A DNA stretch of 49,479 bases from Ruminococcus sp. (GCA_017471345.1 JAFUUV010000002.1:1-49479), one strand, 5' to 3'; shown: positions 30,001 to 38,768, counted from the first letter of the stretch. Translations and numbers: made by a program. The notes: a model not told the origin generated them from the sequence alone.

Positions 30001-30570
30001 AATATCCTTGACGAGAACAACAAGGGACGCCTGGTCTGGATGCTCCTTGCGCCCGGCGGCGCGGTGCCGGTCAAGTCGCGCGGTCAGGTCATCGGCAATT
30101 CCTATGCCAATCTCTTTGCTGCCCTGCCCTTCAACGGCAGAATTAAAAAATACATCCTGCTCTATGCCGAGGCAAAGCGCCACCGTACCAAGGGCTATGC
30201 CGACGTCGAGCAGCTCTATGAAAACATCCTCAGCGACAGCTTTGTGGAGGATTTGATTCAGCGCAGCGAGGAAAAGCTGAGCAACGACGACAATATTCTC
30301 GATATCTTCGTGGAGATGCGCGACTATATGCCCGTGTCCGAGTGGAAGGAGCTGTTTACCGGTCTGATTGAGGCGCTGTGGGAGTACACCGCCTATCTGT
30401 TCGATTACCATGAAAAGAAGGTCAACACTGCGGTCGGCGAAATCCTCAAGCAGATTCTGTACTACAGCGTCCCGGGCAGAAAAACGCGCAACAAGGAGCC
30501 TCTCTCCGCCAACGAAAAACGCGCCGTCGAGCAGATGGAGTACCTGTTCCGGCAGCGTTACAGAAAGTAA
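27001..30570 (+). CDS. Tubulin/FtsZ-like GTPase (Tubulin_2/FtsZl1-type) with long helical C-terminal region
   Basis: IIGIGGIG, MDT, GAGQIR, GSITGGTGAG tubulin signature, NGYACLKEL, PYDYLYL. Confidence 0.88.
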   Translation: MTMSMNKVPSLIIGIGGIGCRIAAGISDLLSEEDREYVGVIGMDTNINDLKTIESHKVKTIQTSDDRKVIDYLNLNPQYLSWFPANKFTVGRGMLNGAGQIRSISRLAAIAAEESGRFTPIREEIKRIRKQKGEATNGNLTVMIVGSITGGTGAGLFIQLPYYIRQIMKNTVGLESIIIRGMFLGPDITADVQPSKINRNAVRVNGYACLKELNALYMTQYSDNNNLDFEYYEHRNLKEERDNEAQIKGRLNQALSDAFYPEDSFNLDITPEDTGVIAQKSPNIPYDYLYLIEGTTLSGDVGNASIGTIENQVSRMVFTLLFTPVVENALSVEDNMVLQDMETGGMNRYSSAGMCRLVYPNALAKDYVTMALTRDLVKDEWLLIETSYQEEVKDAKDRQKTDSRVEIPRLPRSYRDIFTAKVKDGTFGKFFKEAFIEGENGVQIPRSQKFLRVISDMVDEVLESDEVQDAKAPCEVTDEKFRKFEDATSEVFRVDAAVSEYMTFAKNIIKTKEGQIANELFPVSTTSLAFRKNNDNCIYNWLYNVHPITARFLIYDLIVTLEEQIEELDSEFLGINLNDYLDEDYDPKEEGVQSADAAIRKIQESKMPFFGNFKDDAKRLHRVKIKYKSVMEGQVDLIDDYIRVGLLLSISRTMLKRLDMLAENYRVFFQSIKDTIEANNERIEQLEHLEMPLGQIGVYCSKEAFRKMAEEYRLNGVNDLPDETKKAIFEELFRVFANDYSNRTGSLTERQKELYAIERKKVLASVFQKAVIDTIRTDVSKNDAGIVDLNIRQALLKEMELKNNIFKDFADDYDKLADEYIREKIQSALYAAAPMLAVDSSTMADNTETVYLAVNPDFAVLSEGKPNASATADLYVPQANEATDYIRPTVLVDEEFSPYEIICFKARYKFSIEDLIKYRNGTENERAYAERIRSLDREPAGVNDPNAGMTVVNPHICKYWHEEGFLPAISSADRRRAHTDLLKAFVYSMGYDLFVREMDENILDENNKGRLVWMLLAPGGAVPVKSRGQVIGNSYANLFAALPFNGRIKKYILLYAEAKRHRTKGYADVEQLYENILSDSFVEDLIQRSEEKLSNDDNILDIFVEMRDYMPVSEWKELFTGLIEALWEYTAYLFDYHEKKVNTAVGEILKQILYYSVPGRKTRNKEPLSANEKRAVEQMEYLFRQRYRK

Positions 30571-30713
30571 CCCTCAATTGTTCATCAAACGCGTACACGG
30601 CAGGGCGTCGCCTTGCCGTACACGTTTATGGGCGACTCTGAAGACAGACAAAAATCTTTCACAGCTACGATACAAACCGCACCTTTTTCAGAGGTGCCCT
30701 TAAGGAGTTTCCG

Positions 30714-32726
30714 ATGCAAGACTGCTTTCGATTTCTGATCAATACCGATCAGTGCCTGAAAATGTCTAATTTCGATATATTCTTTTACAAGCTCCGCAGC
30801 CGCGACAAGCTGCACGTCAGTGAGGTGCAGCTGTTCGGCGACGACTTCGCCACCTCGCTGCGCGGCGCGATGGGCGACATTCGCTCCTATCTCAACAAGT
30901 ATCCCTACATGGTCGGCGACTTTCACATGATTGTCGCCACGCGCGTCAACTACGGCGAAAACACCTCCGCGTGGAAAAAGACGATTCTCTGCCGTCTGAT
31001 GCAGCTCTACTGCGAGTCCAACGCCGCGCGGGTTTATATCAATTCCAAGGAACGCAACGAAAGAACCCTCAGCCTGCTGATGCTCTACGACGCGGACTTT
31101 TCCGCGCAGCTGCAGCAGTTAGATGATTACCTTTCCGGCGCCCGTCTTGCCGGCGACTGCCGCCTGCTGTTTGCCGAGCTCGGCGTCGGCGAACAGGACG
31201 ACCTGCGCACACTTGACGAAGCCCTGCGGCGTTACGCCGCGCTTGAAGCGCACGACGAAGCGACCGTTGCCTTTCTCGGAGCGTTTTTGGAGCGCCACCG
31301 CGCCGAGTTAGAGGGCATGGAGCGCATCTGCGCGACCGCCGACAGCGACATCTCCGTTGCCGGCGACAGCTATGTGTTTCAGTCGCTGCTCTCGTTTTTG
31401 CCGGAGAGCTTTGCCAATTATCAGGTGTTCGAAACCTATGTGGACAAAAACAACCAGCGTGAAACCATCCTCAGCCTGCTGCGGATTGTCGAGTTCATCA
31501 ACCTCAGCACCGCCCGTGACGACGGCGAGGTGACGCGCCTTCCGGACGCGGTGCGCCGCAACTGGCAGCAGGCGTCGCGTGACGCCGAGCTGGAGCACCG
31601 CTATGCCAAGATGCTCTACGCCTATCAGAAGCGGCTGGAAAAAGCACGCGCCGACATCGAGGACTACAAGCTGGACTACAGCCATGTTGTGCGTCTGCCG
31701 GCAATTGAGATTCCCGCCGAGAGCGAAATTCAGGCGCATGACGGCTCCTTCACCGAGAGCAAGGGCGAGCACCGCTACTCGCGCGATATGCGCAAAAAGT
31801 TGGAGGTGTTCCGCGCGCGCGGTATTGTCGGCAAGGACATCCTCGAACGGTGGGACAAGCTCTACACCGACACCAACCGCACGCTCGAGGACATGGATCT
31901 CAGTCTGCGCCGCTTCGCGCAGGATTTGAGCCACACCTATTCCGGCGTCATCGAGAAGCGCAGCCGCGAGCACTACCGCTTGTCCTCCGCGCAGTTCGCC
32001 GCCGAGGAGAGCACCGCGCGTGAAGCCGAGGATTTGGAGTATGAGCGCGACAAAATTTACAATCGCCTGCGCAGTCCGCGCATGGATCCGGCGCTGCGGT
32101 TTCAGGACCGGCTCAACATGAGCGCCTCGCTCGAACAGGAGAACAAAAATATCCGCTACTGCGTGCGCTGCCTGAAAAGCGTCACCGCGCTGAACCTGAT
32201 TTTGCTGGCGGTCGGCATCACCGCCCTGACCGCCGTGCACTACACCCTTTTGCAGCCCTATGTGTTCGAGAACACCGCCATGGTGTTCCACTACTTCGTC
32301 TATCTGATGGCGATATTTGCCCTGATGATTCTTTCGTGGGGCATTCCGCGGCATTTCTTCCGCAAGAAAATCAAGGACAGCATCGACCGTCTGCTGCAAA
32401 ACCTTGATACCTATGCGGAGGCGTACTACGACAAGGCGCACTATTTTGTGGAGTACATCAACCTCCTCAACCGCCTCGACTACATCACGCGCAGCCACAG
32501 CCTGCGCCGCAGCGCGCTCGAGCGTTCCGCCACGCTGACCAAGGGCTGCCTGTGGCACAAGGTGCAAATTGACGGCCATCTCAACAAGCTGAAATTTTTC
32601 CACGGACTGATTGGCCTTTGTCATCCAGACGAGGTGGAAATCGACGAGCTTCCGGCGTCTCCGCTGACCGAAAACGGCAGCATCAGCGACGTCACCGACA
32701 GTCCGATTTACAGACCGCAGGGATAG
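30714..32726 (+). CDS. Uncharacterised coiled-coil protein with two TM segments
   Basis: AAGGAG RBS, host-like codon usage, helical charged region, hydrophobic hairpin near aa 490-545. Confidence 0.75.
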   Translation: MQDCFRFLINTDQCLKMSNFDIFFYKLRSRDKLHVSEVQLFGDDFATSLRGAMGDIRSYLNKYPYMVGDFHMIVATRVNYGENTSAWKKTILCRLMQLYCESNAARVYINSKERNERTLSLLMLYDADFSAQLQQLDDYLSGARLAGDCRLLFAELGVGEQDDLRTLDEALRRYAALEAHDEATVAFLGAFLERHRAELEGMERICATADSDISVAGDSYVFQSLLSFLPESFANYQVFETYVDKNNQRETILSLLRIVEFINLSTARDDGEVTRLPDAVRRNWQQASRDAELEHRYAKMLYAYQKRLEKARADIEDYKLDYSHVVRLPAIEIPAESEIQAHDGSFTESKGEHRYSRDMRKKLEVFRARGIVGKDILERWDKLYTDTNRTLEDMDLSLRRFAQDLSHTYSGVIEKRSREHYRLSSAQFAAEESTAREAEDLEYERDKIYNRLRSPRMDPALRFQDRLNMSASLEQENKNIRYCVRCLKSVTALNLILLAVGITALTAVHYTLLQPYVFENTAMVFHYFVYLMAIFALMILSWGIPRHFFRKKIKDSIDRLLQNLDTYAEAYYDKAHYFVEYINLLNRLDYITRSHSLRRSALERSATLTKGCLWHKVQIDGHLNKLKFFHGLIGLCHPDEVEIDELPASPLTENGSISDVTDSPIYRPQG

Positions 32727-32735
32727 GAGGTAAAA

Positions 32736-35700
32736 ATGAAAATCTTTTTGTTCTTCCTGTTCCTTGCCGCCGCGGCAGGTATCTTCTTTTTGCTCAACCT
32801 GCTGATGCGCCGTCTGGCGTATCCCATCCGCAAGCGCTATCTGCACGTGCGCACGGTGGTCGCGGTATTTTTGCTCAATTTAGCGCTGACCAACGTCTAT
32901 TCGGTGTCGCTGCTGATGAGCGGCGCCGACAGCGTCATCAACTCGCAGGCGCTGCGCGCGGTGTTTCTTGCCATGCTGCCAAACCGCTCCTACGAGCTGC
33001 TGTATATGATTTTGCTCCTGCTGCTGCTCAACTTCATGCTGACCGCCGCCGCCATCCTCACGGTCTCGCTCGTCCGGCTGTTCTTCCGGAACAAAACGGA
33101 GTTTGTGGACGTCGAGGAGTACTACGGCGTCGCGCGGCTCCTGCGCTTTCCGTGGGCAATCGCGCGGAAGTTCTACCGCACCGAGGGCGACGAGGTGCGC
33201 CTCACCGGTCGGGGCTTCACCCTCGGCTTGTGGATGCGCGGCATCAAAAACGTCTTTCTGATTCTCTGGGCAATCGAAACCATCGTCGCCGGTGTTTCCG
33301 TTCTCTGGGCGGGCGAGGAGTGGAACCAAGCGCTGCTTGTTGCGGTACGCGCGTGGTACATCCTGCCGATGGCGGGCTTTCTGCTGGCGCAGCAGATTCA
33401 GTTTTTCTTTGAAACCGAGTACGAGGGCGAAACCACGGTGTTTGATTCCGAGGCAATCGGCGAACGGCTCGAGGGCAGCGTGCAGCTGCTCATGGAGTTC
33501 CAGAAAAAAGCCTTCGAGGACGCCGACGCGCTGCTCTATGCGGAGTACGAGGAGGACGGCTCGGAAAAAAACGACGGCGCGCACGGCAACGACCTTGCCA
33601 ACACACAGATTCACGACTGCAGGCAGCCGGAGATTCTCAACATCATCGCCGGACAGGTCAAGAGCAGCGGCTGTGTGATGAACGCCGCCTACCTCAATGT
33701 GATTGTCGAGCTGCTCAACGGCAATTCCGTCAATGTCTGCGACTATGTCGAGGGCGAGTTTGTTCCGTATCTGGTCGCCTATCTCAATTTCTTTATGTCG
33801 CAGAGCAAAACCGCCCTGCTGCTTTGTCCCGACCGCGAGTTAGCGGACAGGCTTCGCGAAACCGTCAGCAAAACCCTTTCGTCCATGAACAGCCTGTACA
33901 GCGTCTGGAATGTCTGCGGCATCGACGATATCCGCAAGGATACCTATATCAACATGATTGTCTGCGCCTATGACGACTTCATCAAGCGCCGCGTCATCGA
34001 CAAATGCGGCGACTTCGCGGAAAACCTTGCCGCTGTTGTCTGTGCGGACTGCGGCAACATCTTTTCGCAGGACAGCGTGCACCTCGAGCTGCTCTTCAAC
34101 AGTCTCGGCAAAATCAAGGCGCGTCCGCGCTATATCATGCTGACCGGCGAGGACAACGACTCGCTGCGTACCGCGATGGAAAATTATATCAAGGAGGAGC
34201 TGTATCCTGCCAACAACCTTTACCGCCGTCCCAAAACCGGTCTGATGATCTGGCGCGAGGAAAGCAGCAGCCGCCTGCAGCGCTACCTCGGCATCGGCAA
34301 TACCCTTTCGCCGTATCTCGGCACTGCGCTGCCGCTGGCGCTTGTCGCCGCCAAGCGCGACCTGCCGCGCGTGTACATCATTCCCGACCGCGGCAGAGCC
34401 GACAAGTCCTACCGCGACGCGATGACCATGACCGCCAAGGAGGTCAAAAGCTACCTCGGCTCCGGTCTCAACCTCGACAGCGTGATTCGCTGCAAGCCCT
34501 CCGAGGCGCTGGAGCAGCAGGATATTTCCATGATTATCGCCTACGACACCCAGTGCAATTTCTTCAACGACCTCTGGCGCTGGATGAAGTACGGCGGACG
34601 CGACGGCACACTGGTGCACATCATCTCGCCGCCGTACCTGCTGCGCGAGTATTTTGCCGCCAATTTCCGCGACAAGAAGCTCTACCTCAAAAACAACGAA
34701 TTTGACGCGCTGATTCCCTACAGCCTTGTCATGCGCACCAGCCACCTGTTGGTCATGCTGGTTTCGCTGTGCAACAGCGGCATGAGCGAGGACGAGCTGA
34801 CCGACGTCATCAAGCGCTACGACTGGGACTACGGCAGCGTGGAGGAGCTGCTCACCGAGTGTCTGCGCGTGCTCTACAGCGACGAGGAGGTGCACAACGT
34901 CTACGAGTGCTTCCACTTCGAGACCGTCAAGACCTTCAGCGAGGAGAAAAACGGCTTTGTCTGTCAGACGCGCATCACCCTTACCGACGACACCGTCCGC
35001 GAACGCCTGAACGCCAAAATCGGCTTCGCGTCCATCATCCGCAACAACAACCGTGCCGATACGCTCACGGTTTTCAAAAATAACATTTACAACTACTTCC
35101 TGCGCGGTCAGGTGATTGCCTACAAGGGCAATTTCTACCGCGTTGCCACGGTGACCGACGGCATGGTCTATGTCGAGCAGGAGCTTTCGCGCGATTTGCT
35201 GCAATACTACCCGATTTCGCGCTTCACCTTCGACAGCGATTTCCACATCAAGGACGCCTGCGTCGATACCGATACCATCGACTTCAATCTCTACGCCGTT
35301 TCCGTCACGCGCGAGATTTTCGGCTACTGGTCGAGCAACTGCGGCACCGATTTTTCAAACGGTCATTTTGTACAAGTCAACGACCTCCGCGACGAAACCG
35401 GCGCTCCCGTCAGAACAAGTATGCGCCATGTCAGCGTGCTCGAGCTCAACATCCGCCGCACCGCTCTCGGCGACCGCCCTGTCAATGCCGCCGTCACGCT
35501 CTGCTGCCTGCTCAACGGCTTGTTCCGCACGCTGTTTCCGGCATCCTATCAAAACCTGTTTGCCGCCGCCACGGAAGCGCCGGATGATTCGCTGCTGAGC
35601 GAGGTGCTCAGTCGCGGCACGCAGGCGGATATCAATTCCATTATCTGGAGCACCATTCCCACCTGCGTCAACGCGCGCAAGGTCGATCCCGCCTTTGTTT

Positions 35701-36650
35701 CTATTTATATTATCGAGTTCAGCTGCGTCGAATACGGCATGACGCAGATTCTCTGCAACAAGTTCACCTCCGTTCTCGCCATGGTGCGCGAGTACCTCGA
35801 CTGGTACCTCCGCTCGCAGGTCGCCGACGCCGCGCAGCCGGACACCTCCGACGTCATCCGCGGCAGAAACCTGCACTTTGGTCAGGATACCATTCCCGAT
35901 ATCTTTGCCTGTCAGGAGCTTCTTGACTTCTGCGCCAAGGCGGCTCCCGAGGCAGGGGAGGACTACGAGGTGCGCGACGATGACGCCGTCGAGGGCTACT
36001 CCAGCTGCACCTTCTGCGGCAAGGAATCCCTCTTTGTCACCCGCATGGAGGACGGCAGAGTCATGTGCGGCAGCTGCAAGGAGCACCAGCTCACACGCCG
36101 CGAGGAGGTGCGCGAGCTGTTTGCCGACACCGTCGCGTTTATGGAGAAGGGCTATCACATCAACCTGCCGCGCAAGCTGCACGTCCGCTTCCGCTCCGCC
36201 GCGTCCATCCGCAAGGCGGCAGGCGATACCGTGGGCGGCAGAATCCTCGGTTTTTATAATTCCGCCAACCGCCAGCTGTGGCTGGAATCGCGCGGTCCCA
36301 AGGTCGCCATGCTCAGCACCCTGATTCACGAGCTGACGCACGCGTGGCAGTACCGCGAGCTGGATATGCGCGCGCTGCAGCGCAAGCTCGGCGGAGAGGG
36401 TTTCCTGACGCTCATCGAGGGACACGCCGTTTACACCGAAATCAACACCCTGCGCAAGCACAACGAAACCGAATATGCCGACCGTCTCGAGCGCATCACG
36501 CTGCTGCGTGACGACGAATATGGCAAGGGCTATGTCATGGTGCGCGACGCCTTCCGTGACTTTGAGCCGGACGCCGAAAACGTCAATCCGTTTACGGCAA
36601 TCAAAAAGCTTGCGGACAGCATTCTGAAAGGCGAGGTGAGCACACCGTGA
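32736..36650 (+). CDS. Multi-TM protein with a degenerate SF2 helicase-like core and a C-terminal CxxC Zn-finger + HEXXH (DA1-like) metallopeptidase
   Basis: About 5 N-terminal TMs; ALLLCPDRELA (motif Ia-like); CTFC...DGRVMCGSC; LIHELTHAWQ...LIEG...DEYGKGY; GGAGG RBS. Confidence 0.75.
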   Translation: MKIFLFFLFLAAAAGIFFLLNLLMRRLAYPIRKRYLHVRTVVAVFLLNLALTNVYSVSLLMSGADSVINSQALRAVFLAMLPNRSYELLYMILLLLLLNFMLTAAAILTVSLVRLFFRNKTEFVDVEEYYGVARLLRFPWAIARKFYRTEGDEVRLTGRGFTLGLWMRGIKNVFLILWAIETIVAGVSVLWAGEEWNQALLVAVRAWYILPMAGFLLAQQIQFFFETEYEGETTVFDSEAIGERLEGSVQLLMEFQKKAFEDADALLYAEYEEDGSEKNDGAHGNDLANTQIHDCRQPEILNIIAGQVKSSGCVMNAAYLNVIVELLNGNSVNVCDYVEGEFVPYLVAYLNFFMSQSKTALLLCPDRELADRLRETVSKTLSSMNSLYSVWNVCGIDDIRKDTYINMIVCAYDDFIKRRVIDKCGDFAENLAAVVCADCGNIFSQDSVHLELLFNSLGKIKARPRYIMLTGEDNDSLRTAMENYIKEELYPANNLYRRPKTGLMIWREESSSRLQRYLGIGNTLSPYLGTALPLALVAAKRDLPRVYIIPDRGRADKSYRDAMTMTAKEVKSYLGSGLNLDSVIRCKPSEALEQQDISMIIAYDTQCNFFNDLWRWMKYGGRDGTLVHIISPPYLLREYFAANFRDKKLYLKNNEFDALIPYSLVMRTSHLLVMLVSLCNSGMSEDELTDVIKRYDWDYGSVEELLTECLRVLYSDEEVHNVYECFHFETVKTFSEEKNGFVCQTRITLTDDTVRERLNAKIGFASIIRNNNRADTLTVFKNNIYNYFLRGQVIAYKGNFYRVATVTDGMVYVEQELSRDLLQYYPISRFTFDSDFHIKDACVDTDTIDFNLYAVSVTREIFGYWSSNCGTDFSNGHFVQVNDLRDETGAPVRTSMRHVSVLELNIRRTALGDRPVNAAVTLCCLLNGLFRTLFPASYQNLFAAATEAPDDSLLSEVLSRGTQADINSIIWSTIPTCVNARKVDPAFVSIYIIEFSCVEYGMTQILCNKFTSVLAMVREYLDWYLRSQVADAAQPDTSDVIRGRNLHFGQDTIPDIFACQELLDFCAKAAPEAGEDYEVRDDDAVEGYSSCTFCGKESLFVTRMEDGRVMCGSCKEHQLTRREEVRELFADTVAFMEKGYHINLPRKLHVRFRSAASIRKAAGDTVGGRILGFYNSANRQLWLESRGPKVAMLSTLIHELTHAWQYRELDMRALQRKLGGEGFLTLIEGHAVYTEINTLRKHNETEYADRLERITLLRDDEYGKGYVMVRDAFRDFEPDAENVNPFTAIKKLADSILKGEVSTP

Positions 36651-37702
36651 GAATATGGAGGTCCGTCGCCGCCTGTGTTCTCTGCGCGGCAGTGACAGTG
36701 CCGGCGGCAGGCTGCAAGGTCAATCCGGACAAAATGATGGTCAGCGGCGCCTCGCAATTTGCCGAGGGCAAGGAGGAAGAGGATTATTCTCCGGTCAATT
36801 CCGGCGCGCTGCTCCAAAAGCTGATTGACCGCTACACCGGCGCGATGGAAAATCCCGACCCCAAGCCGATGTCGGACGACGAGTTTCAGAAATTACAGAA
36901 AAAAATCCAAACGCAAACCCAGCCGCCCACCACCGCGCCTGTGGAGGAGGAAAGTGAGCCGTCTACCGAGCCGCCTGCCACCGAGCCGGCGCCTCCGGAC
37001 ACATACACGGTCGGCGACTACGAGGACTTCAAGGCGATGCTGCTGCAGGCGTACACCAACACCGACGAGGTGATTACCTGCACGCTCACCGGCTCCTATG
37101 CCGTCAAGGCGGACGACTACCAACTGGCGCACGAGGAGCTGCGTCGGGATTACTCCATCGAAACCTGCTGTGTGGAAAGGTGGAGCTGGTATCAGCAGGG
37201 CAGCACCTACACCGTGCAGATCAGCTACAGTCTGCCGACGGAGGACGTCAAAAGGCTCAAAACCGAAACCGACCGTCTCGCCAAGGAGGCGGTCGCCAAA
37301 ATCGACACCGAGGGAAAAACCGAGCGTGAAATCGTCGCGCAGGTCAACGACTATCTCTGCGACCTTGTCACCTACACCGCCGGATCCTCGCCGTTTCCGC
37401 CGCTGTCCTACACCGCCTACGGCGCCTTTGCCGACGGCGACGCGGTCTGTGAGGGTTACACCCGTGCCGCCAAGCTGATGCTCAACGCCTTGGGCATCAA
37501 GGCGCTGCACGTGCACGGGGAATGTACCAACGGCGAGCTGCACGCGTGGAACCTTGTCAATGTGGACGGCGCGTGGTACCACCTTGACGTCACATGGAAC
37601 GACAGCTCGCGCAGCCGAGAGGACTACTTCCTCGTCAGCGACGACTATATGCACGTCAGCCGTGACTGGAACGCCGGCCTCTATCCGGCAGCCAACGCCT
37701 GA
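36647..37702 (+). CDS. Transglutaminase-like (Cys-His-Asp) lipoprotein
   Basis: AAGC lipobox-like site, P/T/E linker, AVCEGY, HAWN, HLDVTWND; GTGA overlap with the upstream gene. Confidence 0.85.
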   Translation: MRIWRSVAACVLCAAVTVPAAGCKVNPDKMMVSGASQFAEGKEEEDYSPVNSGALLQKLIDRYTGAMENPDPKPMSDDEFQKLQKKIQTQTQPPTTAPVEEESEPSTEPPATEPAPPDTYTVGDYEDFKAMLLQAYTNTDEVITCTLTGSYAVKADDYQLAHEELRRDYSIETCCVERWSWYQQGSTYTVQISYSLPTEDVKRLKTETDRLAKEAVAKIDTEGKTEREIVAQVNDYLCDLVTYTAGSSPFPPLSYTAYGAFADGDAVCEGYTRAAKLMLNALGIKALHVHGECTNGELHAWNLVNVDGAWYHLDVTWNDSSRSREDYFLVSDDYMHVSRDWNAGLYPAANA

Positions 37703-37774
37703 CAGCCTGCTACTGACAAAAATGTCATTCCGACTCAGGCAGATGAGGTGTTATTTTTTTCAGGTATATACAAC

Positions 37775-37822
37775 AAGGGCTTGGCTCTACTCATGTGTTG
37801 AGTGTGAGCCAAGCCCCTTTTT
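37775..37822. terminator. Probable bidirectional terminator between convergent genes
   Basis: gggcttggctc...gagccaagccc stem followed by a T-run on the plus strand. Confidence 0.7.
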
Positions 37823-38768
37823 ATGGCTGTGCATCGTCTTGATCAAAATTTGAATGCTTGGTGATGTAAATCGGGCGATCCTTGGTTTCCATGTAAATCC
37901 TGCCGATGTATTCGCCGAGGATGCCGATGGACATCTCTGTCAGTCCCCCGAGGAACAGCACCGCGCAGAGGGTGGTGACGTAGCCGGGCGTTTGAATCCC
38001 GAAAAAGAGCGTCTGAATCAGGGTGATGATGATGTACACCAACGAGAGCAAAAAGATAATCGCGCCCATCACCGCGGTAAAGCGCAGCGGCGTCACGGAA
38101 AAGCAGGTGATGCCGTCAATCGCGTACCGGAACAGCGACGAAAACTTCCACGACGATTGTCCCAGCTCGCGGTCAACCGTTTTGAAGGTAATCCATTTGG
38201 TGTGAAAACCAACCCACGAGAAAATGCCCTTGGAAAAGCGCTGCACCTCGCTGAGCTCGAGAATCGCGTTGACCATCTGGCGCGTCATCATGCGGAAATC
38301 CATGGCGCCGTAGGGGTTTTTGACGTCGGTCATGCGGTTGGAAATACGGAAAAAGAGCTTCGAAAACGCGCCTCTGAAAAAGCTTTCGCCCTCGCGCTCG
38401 TCGCGCTTGGTGGCGCAGCAGTCATAGCCCTGCTCCATCGCGTCAAGCATCTGCGGAAACACCGCCGGCGGATGCTGCAGGTCGGCGTCCATCACCACCA
38501 CGTAGTCCGCGTCGCAGTGCTGCAGACCGGCGTACATCGCCGCCTCCTTGCCGAAGTTGCGCGAAAAGGAGATATATTTGATGTTGTCGAACCGCGCGGC
38601 AAGCTTTTTGATGACCAGATAGGTTTTGTCCTTGCTGCCGTCGTTGACCAGTATGTAGCGGAAGGAATAGGCGGGCAGGGTGTCGATGACCTTGTTGGTC
38701 TCCAGCACAAAATGCTCCAGCCCCTCCTCCTCGTTGTAGCAGGGAACGACCAAATCAATTGTTTTCAC
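37821..38768 (-). CDS. GT2 undecaprenyl-phosphate glycosyltransferase (GtrB/CsbB-like)
   Basis: VVPCYNEE, NDGSKD, SRNFGKEAA, DADLQHPP, two C-terminal TMs, GEYIGRIY.ETKDRP. Confidence 0.92.
   Translation of the reverse strand: MKTIDLVVPCYNEEEGLEHFVLETNKVIDTLPAYSFRYILVNDGSKDKTYLVIKKLAARFDNIKYISFSRNFGKEAAMYAGLQHCDADYVVVMDADLQHPPAVFPQMLDAMEQGYDCCATKRDEREGESFFRGAFSKLFFRISNRMTDVKNPYGAMDFRMMTRQMVNAILELSEVQRFSKGIFSWVGFHTKWITFKTVDRELGQSSWKFSSLFRYAIDGITCFSVTPLRFTAVMGAIIFLLSLVYIIITLIQTLFFGIQTPGYVTTLCAVLFLGGLTEMSIGILGEYIGRIYMETKDRPIYITKHSNFDQDDAQP

Noticed and set aside
27001-30570. Calling the gene ftsZ or plasmid/phage tubZ
   Set aside because: About three times the length, lacks the FtsZ C-terminal features, and has no dcw or tubR context
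24735-37702. Recent horizontal island or prophage origin for the accessory operon
   Set aside because: Codon style looks host-like by eye, and no integrase, att repeat or phage gene is visible
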